DNA of 64,000 nucleotides, from positions 26,831,240 to 26,895,239 of the forward strand of contig OZ316894.1 of the NCBI GenBank assembly GCA_973895155.1. Direction: 5' to 3'. The notes beneath the pieces are model-generated. The model saw nothing but the letters and a program-made list of their open reading frames with translations. It ran no database searches and had not been told where the DNA came from. The stretch's first letter is position 1; each line of letters starts with the position of its first letter. Below, piece after piece: positions 1 to 12,515 of this stretch. Source of the DNA: Marsupella aquatica (taxonomy: Eukaryota; Plantae; Marchantiophyta). The position numbers and the translations under genes were made by a program.

Positions 1-3000
1 GATGCATATTGAATTGCTTCAGTATTTTTCTTGTATAAGTAGATTGGTGCAGTAGGATTCCATTTGGCAGATGTTCGAATTGTAGGCCGAGGCAGAAAGT
101 AGTCTGTCCCAAGTCTCGCACCTCAAATGCCTTTTTCAGTAATTGGATAGTTTCCAGCATGATTCGGCTGGTCCCGAATAAGTTCAGGTCATCCACATAT
201 ATTGCAATGATTATAACTTCACGTCCTTCCTGCTTGAGGAATATGCAAGGTGTGATATCTGAATTTTTAAATCCCATGGTTAACATTTCAGATTTAAATC
301 TCTTATACCAAGTTAGGCCGCTCTGTTTCAGGCCATACATGGAGCGAAGGACTTGCACTGCAAAACGAGTTTGCTTGGTGAGCATTTGCTTTGAAGAAGC
401 TTTTAGTGCAATTGATTTGGCTATTGTATGTAGTACTGCCTCATTGGTGTGATCGAATTTGCTTTTCTCAGTGTGATCTAGTCTCATGGGTGTCTGCTCC
501 CCCTGGCAGTGGTGTTCCACACGTTGTATCAACTCGGGTGGTGCTTCCATGTGTATAACTGTGTCCAGGTGCCCATATAAGTATGCCGTCACTATGTCCA
601 GTTGGTGCATGGATAAGTTGTGGTACTGTGAAAAGGTGATTAGGTAGCGGTAAGTGATGGCGTCCATCACTGGGGAGTACGTGAGGTCGTAGTCACGGCC
701 CGGGATTTGGGTAAAGCCCTTTGCTACTAGTCGGGCCTTATGTCTGACTACTTCCCCCTGTGCATTCCGTTTCTTCACAAAGGTCCATCTGCAGCCTGTG
801 AGGTGAATGCCTGGTGCTGCTGGAGTGATGGGGCCGAAGACATGGCGAGATATAAGGGAGTCTAGTTCTAGGTTAATTGCTTTTTCCCACTCGGGCCAGT
901 CTGAGTGGGTTTGTGCTTCCCGGATTGTCTTTGGATCATGTGAGTCTTCGTCTATTTGTTGGGATATATGGAACGCGAATTTATCATCTATTGTTGTGTG
1001 TGTTCTGTCCCATATGTGCCCTGTGCTTCCATAATTGATAGCGATCTCGTCGTTATCTTCTGGTGTGGTGGTCTGAGGGGTTGGCAGTTCTGAATGTGGT
1101 GATGGAGCTCTTGGAGGTGCTGCTTTCCTTTGTCTGGGTTGTTTGTCTGTAGCTCCTAGGGGGCGTCCCCGCTTTGCTCGTGGTGAGGTTACAGTTGCCG
1201 GTTGGATGTCCATCTGTATGCGCGAAGGTGTGTTTGCTGCCGGTATGTGTGATCGGGTTATTTTTGCGGCATCTGCAAAAGAGTCTGGTAGGTGTTCTAT
1301 CAGGTTTGTGAGGTGGAGTATTCTTTTAACTTCCGTGTCAGATTGGCTAGTTCGGGGATCCTGCCAAAATGCAGATTGGATTTGCCAGGTGAGAGATTTG
1401 TCGCTATCTGTTTCCTGTCTTGTTTGTAGTTTTGGAAATGTAGTTTCATAGAAGTGGCAGTCGCTGAATCGGGCCTTAAAAACGTCGGCTGTGGTGGGTT
1501 CCAGGTATCGAATGATGGATGTGGAATCACATCCAATGTATATTCCTGCTTGCCGCTGAGGGCCCATTTTGGTTCGTTTGGGGCCCAGTATTGGTACCAT
1601 TACTTGGCAGCCAAAGGTTCGAAGGTGAGTTATGTTGGGGATGGTGCCGAGTGCCAGAGTGTGTGGTGAGCTTGAGTTGTATGCTGACGGTCTGTAACTG
1701 AGTAGTGTGGCAGAGTGTAGGATGGCATGTCCCCATGCGGTTGTGGGGAGGTTGCTCTGCATCAGTATTGGTCTGGCAATTATTTGGAGGCGTTTTATCA
1801 ATGATTCCGCTGTCCCGTTTTGGAAGTGGACGTGGGGGACGGGGTACTGTACGTCTATGCCTGTAGCAGTGCAAAAGTCTTCAAAGGTTTTGGAGGTAAA
1901 TTCCCCTGCATTGTCCACTCTGATTGTCTGGATCTGGTTATCCGGGAATTGTGCTCTTAGTTTCAAGATGTGAGCCAGTAAGCGAGGGAAAACTAGATTT
2001 CTTGTGGATAGGAGTGAGATTTGGGACCATTTAGTTGAGGCATCTATTACTGCTAGGTAAAAGCGGAATGGGCCACTAGGGGGGTCGATCGGTCCACATA
2101 CATCTGCGTGGATCCGTTCCAGAAAGTTGGGGATTCTGGTTCCAGGTGGGGTTGGTGAGGGCCTTATTATCAGTTTACCTTGTGAACAGGCAAGGCATGG
2201 TCCGAGCATAGATGTGGGGTGTACTGTAGGCGGTATGCCCTTGGTCTGTTTAACGATTCTCTGGAACATGTTAAGGCCCGGGTGGCCAAGTCTCCTGTGC
2301 CAGATCTCTGTGATGGGGTTTTGTGGCTTTTGATTCTCTGGCTCGGTATGGAAGCTGTGTATGTTGGTAGTATAAAAGCCGGGGTGATGGGCTTTTAGTG
2401 TTTCCAGGATCCCATTGTTCTGTGGAGTCTTGGATGTGATATGTAGGACTTCGAGTTTGTTGGAAGTCCCAGTTTGGATATGCAGATCATTGGCTCTTAT
2501 GTCTCCAAAACTTAGGAGGTTCCTGGTGGCTTTGGGTGCGTATATGGCAGAGTGTATCTTTATCACTGTGCCTTGTGGTAATGTGACGGTTGCAGGTCCG
2601 TAGCCCTCCTCTAACTGATGTTGGCCCATTATGGTGGTGACCTTTCGCTGTGATGGGGTTATGTGGGTAAAGTATTCCTTATTTTTCAGAATTGAATGTG
2701 AGGTCCCACTATCGACTATACATGAGTGAGGATTGTTTGGGTTCTTTGTGTGGTTCCTTATAATCATGTTGATCTCGGGAAGGATCTCAGCGGAGTCCAT
2801 GAAAGTGCCATATGTTTCAGGTGCGTTTGTGTTCATGCTTTTCTTATAAAGGGCTACTAGATGTGAAGGTGCTCTGCAGTGTTTCTGAATGTGCCCTTTA
2901 GTTCCACAGCGAAAACAGAGAGGGGGGTTGGTGGTCATATCTCGTTGGTTGTGCTGGTCCTCGTTGAACTTCGTGCGATTCTGATTATTGTTCTCTCTCG

Positions 3001-3110
3001 TCCAGGTGTTCCACGAGCTCCTGCCGTTGTATCTCGATCTGCCTTGGCCGCGTCCTCGGTGGAAATTCCCTCTGCCGCCTCGTTGAAAGTTATTGCTTCG
3101 ACCCCTATTG
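1..3110 (-). CDS. pol: Copia gag C-terminus plus pol (PR-INT-RT), apparently open to the window edge
   Basis: Hand translation gives the zinc knuckle, DSG protease, DDE integrase and YVDD motifs. No pol fragments appear in the ORF track, consistent with one frame running off position 1. Confidence 0.8.
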
Positions 3111-3798
3111 GGCTGCGTCCCCTGGTGCCTGCGCGGCCTCGATAGTTTCTTGATTCTCCCCTCTGTGGTGTGGCGTAGTTGGTCTCGGGAGCTGATGTGG
3201 ACGGGAGGGTCCCCGGTGGGCGTTTCTGCGAATTTTGTAGTAGTAGGAGCTGGTGCTTTTCAGCCAGCAGCATATGCGCAATTAGTTCGGAGTATTTGGT
3301 AAAGGCCATATTCCTGTATTGTGTAGAGAGGATAAGGTTTGAAGAATGAAGAGTTGACAGTGTTTTTTCGATCTGCTCTGCATCGTTTATTGGTTGGCCG
3401 CAGATGGCCAGTTGTGCGATGATCCTGAATAGCTCACTGTTATAATCTGCGACCGTCTTGTAGTCTTGGACGCGCAGATTGATCCAGTCGTGGCGAGCTG
3501 CGGGTAGGTAGATAGTTCGAATGTGATCGAAACGGGATTGTAGGTCATCCCATAGTAGCCGGGGATTGAATTCGTTCATGTATTGTTTCTTCAATGGCTC
3601 GCATAGATGGTGCCGAATTAGTATTAAGGCCTTCGCCTTTTGTGGGAGAGTAGTTCCCGCATCTGTAATGATCGTGTCTTGGAGTTCTTTTGCTGCGAGG
3701 TGGGCCTCAATATCTAGAGTCCAGGATAGGTAATTTGCGCCGTCTATACTCAGAGGTTGAAATAGGAGTTTCTCGATGGAGTTAGTGGGTACAGCCAT
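2935..3798 (-). CDS. gag: Copia gag N-terminal part; frame shifts near 3110 into the zinc knuckle/pol frame
   Basis: 287-aa ORF with Bianca-like gag motifs. After RGRSP the gag-like RG-rich sequence (NRGRSNNFQRGGRG...CFRCGTKGHIQKHC) continues in another frame. Confidence 0.85.
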   Translation of the reverse strand: MAVPTNSIEKLLFQPLSIDGANYLSWTLDIEAHLAAKELQDTIITDAGTTLPQKAKALILIRHHLCEPLKKQYMNEFNPRLLWDDLQSRFDHIRTIYLPAARHDWINLRVQDYKTVADYNSELFRIIAQLAICGQPINDAEQIEKTLSTLHSSNLILSTQYRNMAFTKYSELIAHMLLAEKHQLLLLQNSQKRPPGTLPSTSAPETNYATPQRGESRNYRGRAGTRGRSPIGVEAITFNEAAEGISTEDAAKADRDTTAGARGTPGRERTIIRIARSSTRTSTTNEI

Positions 3799-4101
3799 CT
3801 TCTATCAATTGGTCAATTGATCCTGTGATAATAACAATATATCCGTTCGCACTTGACTGAGTGATGATGTGGGGCTATGTCCCTTCTTGAGTCGTTGTCT
3901 CTCAAGTTGAATTCCTGGGTCTGCCTCCGCTTCTTCTATTGTCAGCCCCCTCAAATCCCAATCCGTGGAATCGTGGTCAAATTATACCACTCCCGATCGA
4001 TCTGCTGCCCGAAAAATTAGTTTCTATGGTGCTGAATCAATCGCCTTGGCATGAATGTCCCTCTGAAGCTTGTTTGAAAAAAAAAATTCTCGTTGCAGAC
4101 A

Positions 4102-4115
4102 TCGTGCTGATAACG
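4102..4115 (-). promoter_or_regulatory. Primer-binding site matching the anticodon arm of tRNA-Ile (half-tRNA type)
   Basis: + strand TCGTGCTGATAACG; tRNA-Ile(AAU) as recalled has TCGTGCTAATAACG, differing only at the wobble base. Minus strand CGTTATCAGCACGA follows the LTR directly. Confidence 0.75.
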
Positions 4116-4264
4116 TGTTGTAGCTCATCAACAACTAACTCCTTTATTCATTCCTCTTCCAATACATATAGTCCCTTAGGCAGGTAGGGTAGTTAGGCGG
4201 TTAGTCTTAACCAACTGTGGTAGGTCTAACCTTAGTTAGGCTAGAGTTAACTCGGGTTACAACA
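4116..4264 (-). repeat. 5' LTR of the copia element (149 bp)
   Basis: Bounded by TGTTGTA...TACAACA inverted termini and directly adjacent to the PBS; the partner LTR is not in the window. Confidence 0.85.
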
Positions 4265-4457
4265 CATAGAGCCATAGTTTGACATCAATCACTTGTTTCA
4301 TACATACAGAATTCAGAAATATCAATGTCACACACAACGTCTCCTTCATCCTCTTTACCAAATGGAAAAATTGGTACAGATATTTCTTGGATCTTTCCAA
4401 GGCAATGTCAAAATGTGACACAATTCACATGATGCTATCTACACTTGCATTTAGTCA

Positions 4458-7400
4458 CTACAGACTAACACACTCTGATGGCCAGAGCACAAGAGATCCT
4501 ACTGCATCTGCAATTATTTCCTGAGGTGGATCATCGTCTCTATTCGGAAATGGCAAATTACAATCAGATACAATCACTGTAGTCAACAACACTACTACAT
4601 GGTCATCCGGGACCACTTTGCCATGGAATTTTGCATGATCCGGTCGCAAAATGCCTGTACCCACACATACCTGCGAGTCATCCTCCCATGATAGAAGATT
4701 ATGGACTGGCTCTGCTGTGGCTATCACCTCCACCTTACCCTGGCTGTTTTTCTTGGCTTTCCTGGGTGGCTTATACATGACATTATTCATACCTTGGTTG
4801 CGAGTCATGACTTTGGCACGAGTGTTTTGTGCTGGTGATCGAGAATTGGCTACACTCTTCTTCAAAGAATCTGCATCCATATTTGACACTTCTGATTGTG
4901 TAGCAGGATTTCCCTGCGACATCATCTCAGTATCTGCCAACATTGTACTTGCTTCAATTGAAGCATCTACAATCTTACTTGCATCCAATGTTGCTCCCAA
5001 GTTTCGACGTCGCTTCACCCTACTCCCACTTGGTTGAGAGTCTGTCAACTCTGCATCAACTACAATTCAGTGTCATGTCCAACATAAGTCAATCACTCAT
5101 CACATGTGCTAAATGTACATGTCACCAACCACAAAGTTGTCACTATCTCCTTACCATTATGAACAACCTTCTTCCCCTTCTTTGCCATTGCCATATGCTC
5201 CATGTCTGCTTCTGTTGATCAATAAACACACCACAATATTCAGGTTGAATCTATTAACCACTGAATTGTTGCTCAACATTCATATAGAGGAATTTAAAGC
5301 ATCAGCTTACCTGATACCTCCTTGGCTATGGTCACTGAGGCACTGGGCACATCTTTTTCATTATTGCTCTTTGAATCACCTGATACATCAATCATGATGT
5401 CACTTCAGATCCCCGTTGATCCAACCAGTTCCGAGACCAGTTCTTACATAAAAGATTACCTCCAACTTGCTTAAGCTTCACAAACTCCATGCACTTTTCA
5501 AATGATTCATACTGGATTATAGCAGGTTACCTGTCTCATCAACCTTCTTGCCCTTCTGCTTACTGATTACAGGGTCCTTCTCTACCTCCACTCTTCCTGC
5601 ATTCAAACCATTCACTCAATTCATGAAAACTTACTTCTAACATTTGAACATAGGACACAATGAACAATGGGCCGGTGTCATTTCCATACCTGTGTCAGAT
5701 TTGCCAATTCCCTTTTTTGTTAACAAGGGCACACTTTGTACAATGTTGCCCTCATTGTTTGGTTGGGAACCACCCAATTTTTCAATCACAAGCTTGAAAT
5801 TAGATTCCACTGATGCAAGAAGGTTCGCTACAGATGCCTCCACAATATCCAAACGATCAGCCAATTTACTTTCCACTCGAGGGAGTCCACACTCTAATGA
5901 CTTCAACCGTTCACACATCTCTGTGAGAGTTGTAATAGTTCCCTGTCATAACACAGCTTACATATCTCAGATAACTGTCCCCAAGAACTGGTTGCTTACT
6001 TCCTACTACATTTCTTTCTGATGCTCAAGGCCAAATAGTCACAGAACATACAGAATTACAACATAATCACCTGTTTGGAAGTTACACTTGTCACCTCACT
6101 CCTTTGTTTCATGAACTCCTCTCTCACTTCTTGTGCTGATGGTTCTTCACCTGTCAATTTCTTCTGCAGTCCACATCAACATACATATGAATGAAACCAA
6201 GTGTTGATTGTCAATGAAAATGTAATAATGGTAGCAAGATGATAAGTTTGAGGCTTACTATCAGGCATGTCACTGCCTTACCAATTGTTCTTTCACTGGA
6301 GCATAACTTCCTCTCCCAGCCTGTGAAAGGTGTTTCACTTTGCCTCGAGCATTTGACATCAGTTCACTCTTGCTCTCTCCAGCCTCCGACATGAACCTTT
6401 TGATTAACCGTGTCCATTGATCCAGTTCCAATGATGGGGGTGGTGGCATTCTCCTGTTAGAACCATTGTCTATCCACATCCTTTTCAACCTATGCCTCTC
6501 TTGTTTCAAAATCCTCATTGCATAATCTGATATGCAATCTTCAACTGGGCCCTTACCATCATTACCAACATACTCCCACCGTTCAAGAATGTCCTTGCAG
6601 ATAGCAGCCCAATCAGCTTTGTTCTGACTCCTAAACTCTGTAATGCTCAAATCTAACCAACGCAATACTTCTCCTCTTAGGTCAGAATGCCAACGGTTCT
6701 TACCATCACATGTGGGAGTTATCCAACCTTCGGAATTCACTTCTACTTTACCAAATTTGTTACTGTCTCCTGCCTTGGTACTCCCTGAAGCGCTACTAGG
6801 TGTCCCTCCACGGCCTGATCTCCCCCCACGGCCTGGATTGCATTGTCCAAACCTCCCTGGAGTCCCTGCACATTTACAGGATCCATTTATAGTCACGTAC
6901 ATTAGGTAAGTATGAATCATAAATCCCGCTGCCAAATATACAGTGGACTTCAGAGCAATTCTGCAATGACCAAGTTACCTCTCCCTTGGCGCATAGATGG
7001 TTCTGGACCACCTGTCCTATTGCTTTGTCTTGATGAATTAGGGGCGTTTCTCCCGCCTGTGAATGATTGCCTCCTATCTGAACGTGGATGGCCTTTGTTG
7101 TTTTCGTGATTGTCCCAATCAGAGTCTGCATACCAACAGGTACATGCCACACTCATGGACCTGTAAGATAAACTCTTTGCCCTAGCTACACATCAGATAA
7201 GTGCATATTGAGCTAAATCTCTACTACCATCACAAAATCACTAGCACAAGGCACTTACTTGTCCAATCATCCTCCTCACCTTTCCATTGCCCTCTGTACC
7301 CGTCTCTACCACGCTCTGGGTGTTCATATTCATCCCATCCATCTTCTGCTCCATCATAGTCATCATCATAATCATCAGGCGTCCCTTGCCAATAACTCTG

Positions 7401-7601
7401 GCTCCTTCTAGGGTATGGATTATGTGATTTCTCTCTAGCTGCCCACCTACCTGGGACTTGATGAGGGCCCTGTGCATCTTGCACAGGTGCATTTTTCTGT
7501 GAGCCCCCTGCATCTGGGTCTCCATCCATATCCAATCTTTCCTCTTCACCCCACTCTCCAAGCCCCATGTCTGTCTCCATGTCATCACCCTCTTCCCCCA
7601 T
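4458..7601 (-). CDS. Multi-exon TnpA-like CACTA accessory gene (exon boundaries approximate)
   Basis: ORF pieces 7601-7230, 7156-6950, 6935-6270 (LELDQWTRLIKRFMSEAGESKSELMSNARGKV, Transposase_24-like), 5918-5637 and 5048-4458 (FHGKVVPDDHVVV...LPFPN...AVGSLVLWP), with GT/AG junctions between them, downstream of TnpD. Confidence 0.7.
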
Positions 7602-7778
7602 AGCTTCTGCACAGCACCCACAACCAAACAGGGAGAATCAGCACACTAAATTCAAAGTATCAATCAATTTCATGCATATCCAACTATCCTAAACATCATT
7701 CCAGGCAGCAATTCCCGTTATGTGACTCTGTGCAGGTAGTCATCCTCAACCTCATACTTGCCAATCGCCAGCTGTTGC

Positions 7779-10700
7779 CTATTGCAAATCATCAACCTCA
7801 TCATATTCCATTTGCCCAGGTTCATCATATGTCTCTCTCAATGTTAAGGGGATGTAGTCAGTCCCTGCCCGAGTTGGAAGTACAGTCTCATGACTAGGAT
7901 GCTCGAATGCAGCATGGTCATCCAAACTGAACTCTACTTTACTTCCATCCATCCGCCTGTTCCGTGCTTGGCTATGGCATACCACCCTCCAGCCATGTGA
8001 CTCCTCCACATCTGCAAAGAAAGCCTGTTCAACTTGGCTAGGGAAAACAAAAGGCTCAGACCATTCTGGTACTCTGGACCTAAAATTGGCCAACAAGAAC
8101 CCATCATGATCACGCTTCATGGTGGCCCTTGGTCTCTGCCACTCTGATTTCACCCATGATCCCTTCATCAATATCACTGGGACACTTGTGTTACCATAAT
8201 TCAACACCCAAATGTCGGTCAACTCCCCCACGTAACCCATCTTCATCCACCCCCTCTGTTCTTAAGAGGTTCTCTGCTCAAACACAGAAATCAAACCACA
8301 ATCATATGATACACAATGGTCACCCTGCTCATCCCTCACTCGATAATGATTTCCATAAGCTCTCATCCGTTTGTAGGTCAGAATAGACAATCGTGGTGGC
8401 ACAGATAGAAGATACAAATCCTTCTCCATATCTGGGTGATGTCTACTATGCTCTCGAATTGTCACCCGAATCCACTGCTCGAACTGTGGGAAGGGATCCT
8501 GCTGCCCAGAGTGTGCAGCTTTTTGCATATCATATTCCCTGCATTATGAGGTACAGGCATAGTTAGGTCTAAACAACACATGACAACCTAAGATCACCCT
8601 TGGAACAGACAAGAAGCATCACAACAAAGGCAAGTCAATTCAATCACTCACCTCCACCATGGTTGCATAGGCTCTGTGTTTGCCAGCACATATGAATGAG
8701 CCTTGTCTCGAATCGCAACAGGCAGCTGAACAGCACGTCCCACACCTTCAACAACCTCGCCACTCACTCCATCATCTTCACCAGATTTCCAAACTCTTGT
8801 CATAGCTTCACCAGACCCAGCCATGTACTCTGTTAGGAATCCCAACGTCTCATCCTTAATGTACCCCAATGCCATGGAAGCCTCTGGCCTGTAGTATGTT
8901 CTCACATGACCTTTCAACAACTTCATGTATCGCTCCATAGGGTACATCCATCTGGTACTGACTGGCCCATACTGCCCTAGCTCTTCTACCACATGGATTA
9001 GGAGATGAGTCATAACATCAAAGAAAGCAGGGGGGAAGTATATCTCCAAGTCACAGAGGACATAAGCAGCATCCTGCTTCAACTGCTCCAATCCTTGGGG
9101 ATCCCACACTTTCACACATATACGGCGAAATACATTGCACAGTCGAAGAATGACATTACGGACTGGTTTCTGCATGAGACCTCTGAGGCATAGGGGCAGA
9201 ATGTGCTGCATCAACACATGGTAGTCATGTGTTTTCATACTGCCAAGTTTATTCTTTGTAATATGCTTCTTGAAGGCACCAGCATAGCCAGAGGGCACTT
9301 TCAGACAGCTCAATCTATACAAGAATGTCTTCCATTCATCCTGTGTGCACACATAGGGAGCTTGGAACTTGAGAAGTACATTGGGATTGCTTGCATGGGG
9401 CTTCAACCAAAGGTGAGGGCGAATCCCCTTCTGTTGCATATCAGCTCGAACTGCTCCTGTATCTTTCTCACCCGACAAGAACTTCAGCAAGCTCTCACAA
9501 ATATTTTTCTCAATGTGCATGACGTCCACATTGTGTTTGCTGGGCTCGAATTCCTGCACTCCACAAAGCAAAGAATTCAACAACAGAAACACTAATTAAC
9601 CACATAGGAGGATTGTAACCAACATCAATCCACCATTGCTCCAATCTAAAATTGCAATCATACAGGGGCTGGAGGCTAAGTACATTACCCTCCAGTACTC
9701 CAACTCCAAGTCCATCAAGGTCTGTCTTTTCACACTGTGTTTCACCACTGGATCCTCAGGTTCTCGATCAGTGGCACTTCTCTTGTCCCAATCAGCCTTC
9801 CTGGCTGCCCACCTCAGGACTTGCTCTCTGGTGACCCTCTGTGGTGGGCCACGAAGCTCTGTTTTGTTGTTGAAGTGTGCAATTTGAGACCGTGTGTGCC
9901 TGTAAGGATGATCAACAGGCAGATACCTTCTATGCCCCTGAAATTTCATACTGTGCAGGGCATGCGACCACTCACTTGTCACATTTTTCCCACATGGTGT
10001 GCACCCCACATAGCCCTTTGTCACTCGTCCAGATATGATGCCATGGCCTGGGTAATCTGCTATATCCAGCAAACAAATTGCATGCAGTCTAAAGGGGCTG
10101 GGTCGAAGAAGCCCCTTCAGAACATCATGGGTTAACACCCCTTCTATCCACAAAGTCTTCCACTCTTCCACTGCTGGAGCCAACATGATATCTATGAATT
10201 GCTCGGTCACAGAAGTTGGTCCAGGGATTAACAGCACCATCATGACAAAAAACCTCTTTGTAGTCATCCATGGGGGAAGGTTGTAATTTAGCAGCGTAAC
10301 CGGCCAACATGAATAACGGTTGTTTTTGTCTCCAAATGGGTTTACTCCATCCAGTGATAGACCAAATCGAAAGTTCCGCTTCTCTGCAGCAAACTGTGGC
10401 CACCTCTCATCAACAAATTTCCAATGGTTGGAATCTCCAATGTGACGCTGCAGGCCATCACTGCTCTTGTTATCAGGAGTCCATGTCATCAGCTTGGAAA
10501 TGGCAGGGCATCTAAACAGACGTTGTAGTCTAGGAATGAGAGGAAAATGACGAAGAACCTTGGCAGGGTGTGTACATTTCCCTACATTCTTGTACCTGTG
10601 CTTACCACAATGAGGGCATGTCAATTTATCTGCATGCTCTTTGCGAAAGAGAACACACCCATCAGGGCATGCGTCAATAGACACATAGTTCAGCCCAAGG

Positions 10701-11479
10701 TTAGACATCAATTTCCTAGCCTCGTACATATTTTTTGGAATTGAATTACCATCTGGTAACACATTTCGGCGCAGGAAGGTCAACAACTCTGTCACAAATA
10801 TATTGGGAACATTGTGATTGCCACAGATGTTCAACAACAACACGACAAAACCCAGCTTGGAGCAGTTTGACCCCTCGTAGATAGGAATGCAAGCTTCTTT
10901 GATGTGTTTTGGGCCCCCAAACACCCACTCCCTCTCTGCTGCACCTTCCCCAATGTCAAAGTCAGGTTGAGCTTGGCCGTCGCCAATGTGTGGCTGCGGT
11001 TCATTGTCCTCTTCTGATTCCACTGTGTCATAAAAAGCATCAAGGTCTTCAAAAATCTCTTGAACCATTCTTGGGACATCCATGCCACCGTCCTCAGTGA
11101 CTGCCTCTGCATCTCCATCTTGGTCATCCACGTTCTCATGTTGGACCCCAGGACCATCCTCTGCACAGTCTATGTCCTGCTCTACGTAGTCTCTACGCCT
11201 AGCTGTATTAGAATCCACAAAGTCAGCTCTCCACTCTTCATCAGAGGAGTCTTCTTCTGCTGGTACATTCCAAACCCTCCACCGAGGGTGCCTTTCATGC
11301 CGCAGCAGGTGAAGGTGCACAGTGTTCAAACTCAACGACTTGAATCCTTGGCACTGTGTGCATGGGCATCTCATCCTCCTACTCCTACCTTGGGCGGCCC
11401 GGGCTTGTTCACGCATCCACAATTTAGAATCATGATGCCTAATCCTAAATGGGTTGTGAAGAGGCAACCTTGGAGCCAT
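7779..11479 (-). CDS. CACTA TnpD transposase of element A (introns; one in-frame TAA at 8262-8264)
   Basis: Motifs RCPCTQC, IDACPDGCVLF, LRHFPLIPRLQRLF, GLSLDGVNPF, DVMHIEKN, FFDVMTHLLIH, RWMYPMERYMK, EPFVFPSQVEQAFF. Introns near 9555-9690 and 8540-8650. ORFs 8528-8262 and 8246-7779 are in frame across a single stop. Confidence 0.92.
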
Positions 11480-11805
11480 CACTATACACACGCACTCAGC
11501 ACCCTGTCATTTTATTATGCAAGTGAAAAATACACTTCCTGTTAAGGATTTCACCCCCGACTGTACTTGCCAAAATACGTAACGTTCCAAAAAATCAAAA
11601 AAACAAAAAATATAGGTGCCTGAGTCATGTACCTATTCTCAAGTGAATGAGACAAAATTCCTAAATGTTTGAGGGTGTCAACTCCTCCGCTGTCCTCACA
11701 TGTACTGCCTCTGCACGTACATCCATGACCATATCAGAGTCCAATCATGTATAGTCATAGACACAGGTGCCAGGTGCGAGACCGGTGTGAGATGTCCTCA
11801 TCTTA

Positions 11806-12375
11806 CTACCACATCAAATACGGATACCAATCCTGTTGTCGATGCCACTCAGCCCTGAGGTACTCAGGCATGTACATTAAGTCATCAAGGTCTAAACCCT
11901 GCTCATGCCATGGTGGTCTTCGATCCGTGCCTACAAGCAGTGGCAGCAGTGCCCTCCATGGTGCACATGTTGCTACCAAGTCCCTCCACTGGGTACTAAT
12001 TAGTCTATATTTGCAGATATCTTGTGCGCCAGACACCACAAGAACCCTCGGCCAGACATGTGTAAGAACTATATCATCTGCCAAATCAGGCAACAAGGAA
12101 CCACCTACAGCATCGTGCTTGTCTAACTCATCTGCTGAAAAGTAAATGTCCTCTTCCGACTGTGCATCCTCATTCACCACAGCATTCACAACACATCCAA
12201 GGTCTGCAGGCATTATCTCGGATGGAGCTACACTCTGTCTGGTTACCAATCCACACAAGTAAGCCCAAGCAGTAGCCATGCACGATGCAACCCGTAGGAG
12301 GACCCTACATAGGGCCTGACGGTCTGGAAGAGGCAGCATACCCACCAAAGTCTTCAGCCAAACAGAGCCCAGCAA
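11806..12375 (-). CDS. F-box-like accessory protein of CACTA A
   Basis: LLPDLADDIVLTHVWPRV...KYRLISTQWRDLV resembles an F-box. Hydrophobic N-terminal segment. Homolog at 27878-28402. First ATG is at about 12339. Confidence 0.7.
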   Translation of the reverse strand: MLGSVWLKTLVGMLPLPDRQALCRVLLRVASCMATAWAYLCGLVTRQSVAPSEIMPADLGCVVNAVVNEDAQSEEDIYFSADELDKHDAVGGSLLPDLADDIVLTHVWPRVLVVSGAQDICKYRLISTQWRDLVATCAPWRALLPLLVGTDRRPPWHEQGLDLDDLMYMPEYLRAEWHRQQDWYPYLMW

Positions 12376-12515
12376 GTAGATTCACAGTCACACCCCACGC
12401 AGCAGGAAACAACAATCACTTCAACTGCGACCAACCATGACAAGATGAGTTAGTTCAAGGATCACATTTATTACAAAATTGTGTTTTATACAAAAATATG
12501 AGGGACTCCTACTCC

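Larger units (their letters stand above)
1..4264 (-). mobile_element. Ty1/copia LTR retrotransposon, Bianca-like; 5' LTR to RT visible, 3' part outside window
   Basis: Minus-strand order is LTR, PBS, gag (LSIDGANYLSWTLDIEAHL), zinc knuckle CFRCGTKGHIQKHC (~2880-2920), protease CIVDSGTSHSI (~2690-2725), integrase (IHADVCGP ~2100, RVDNAGEF ~1910), RT IAIYVDDLNL (~185-210). Integrase before RT is the copia order. Confidence 0.95.
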
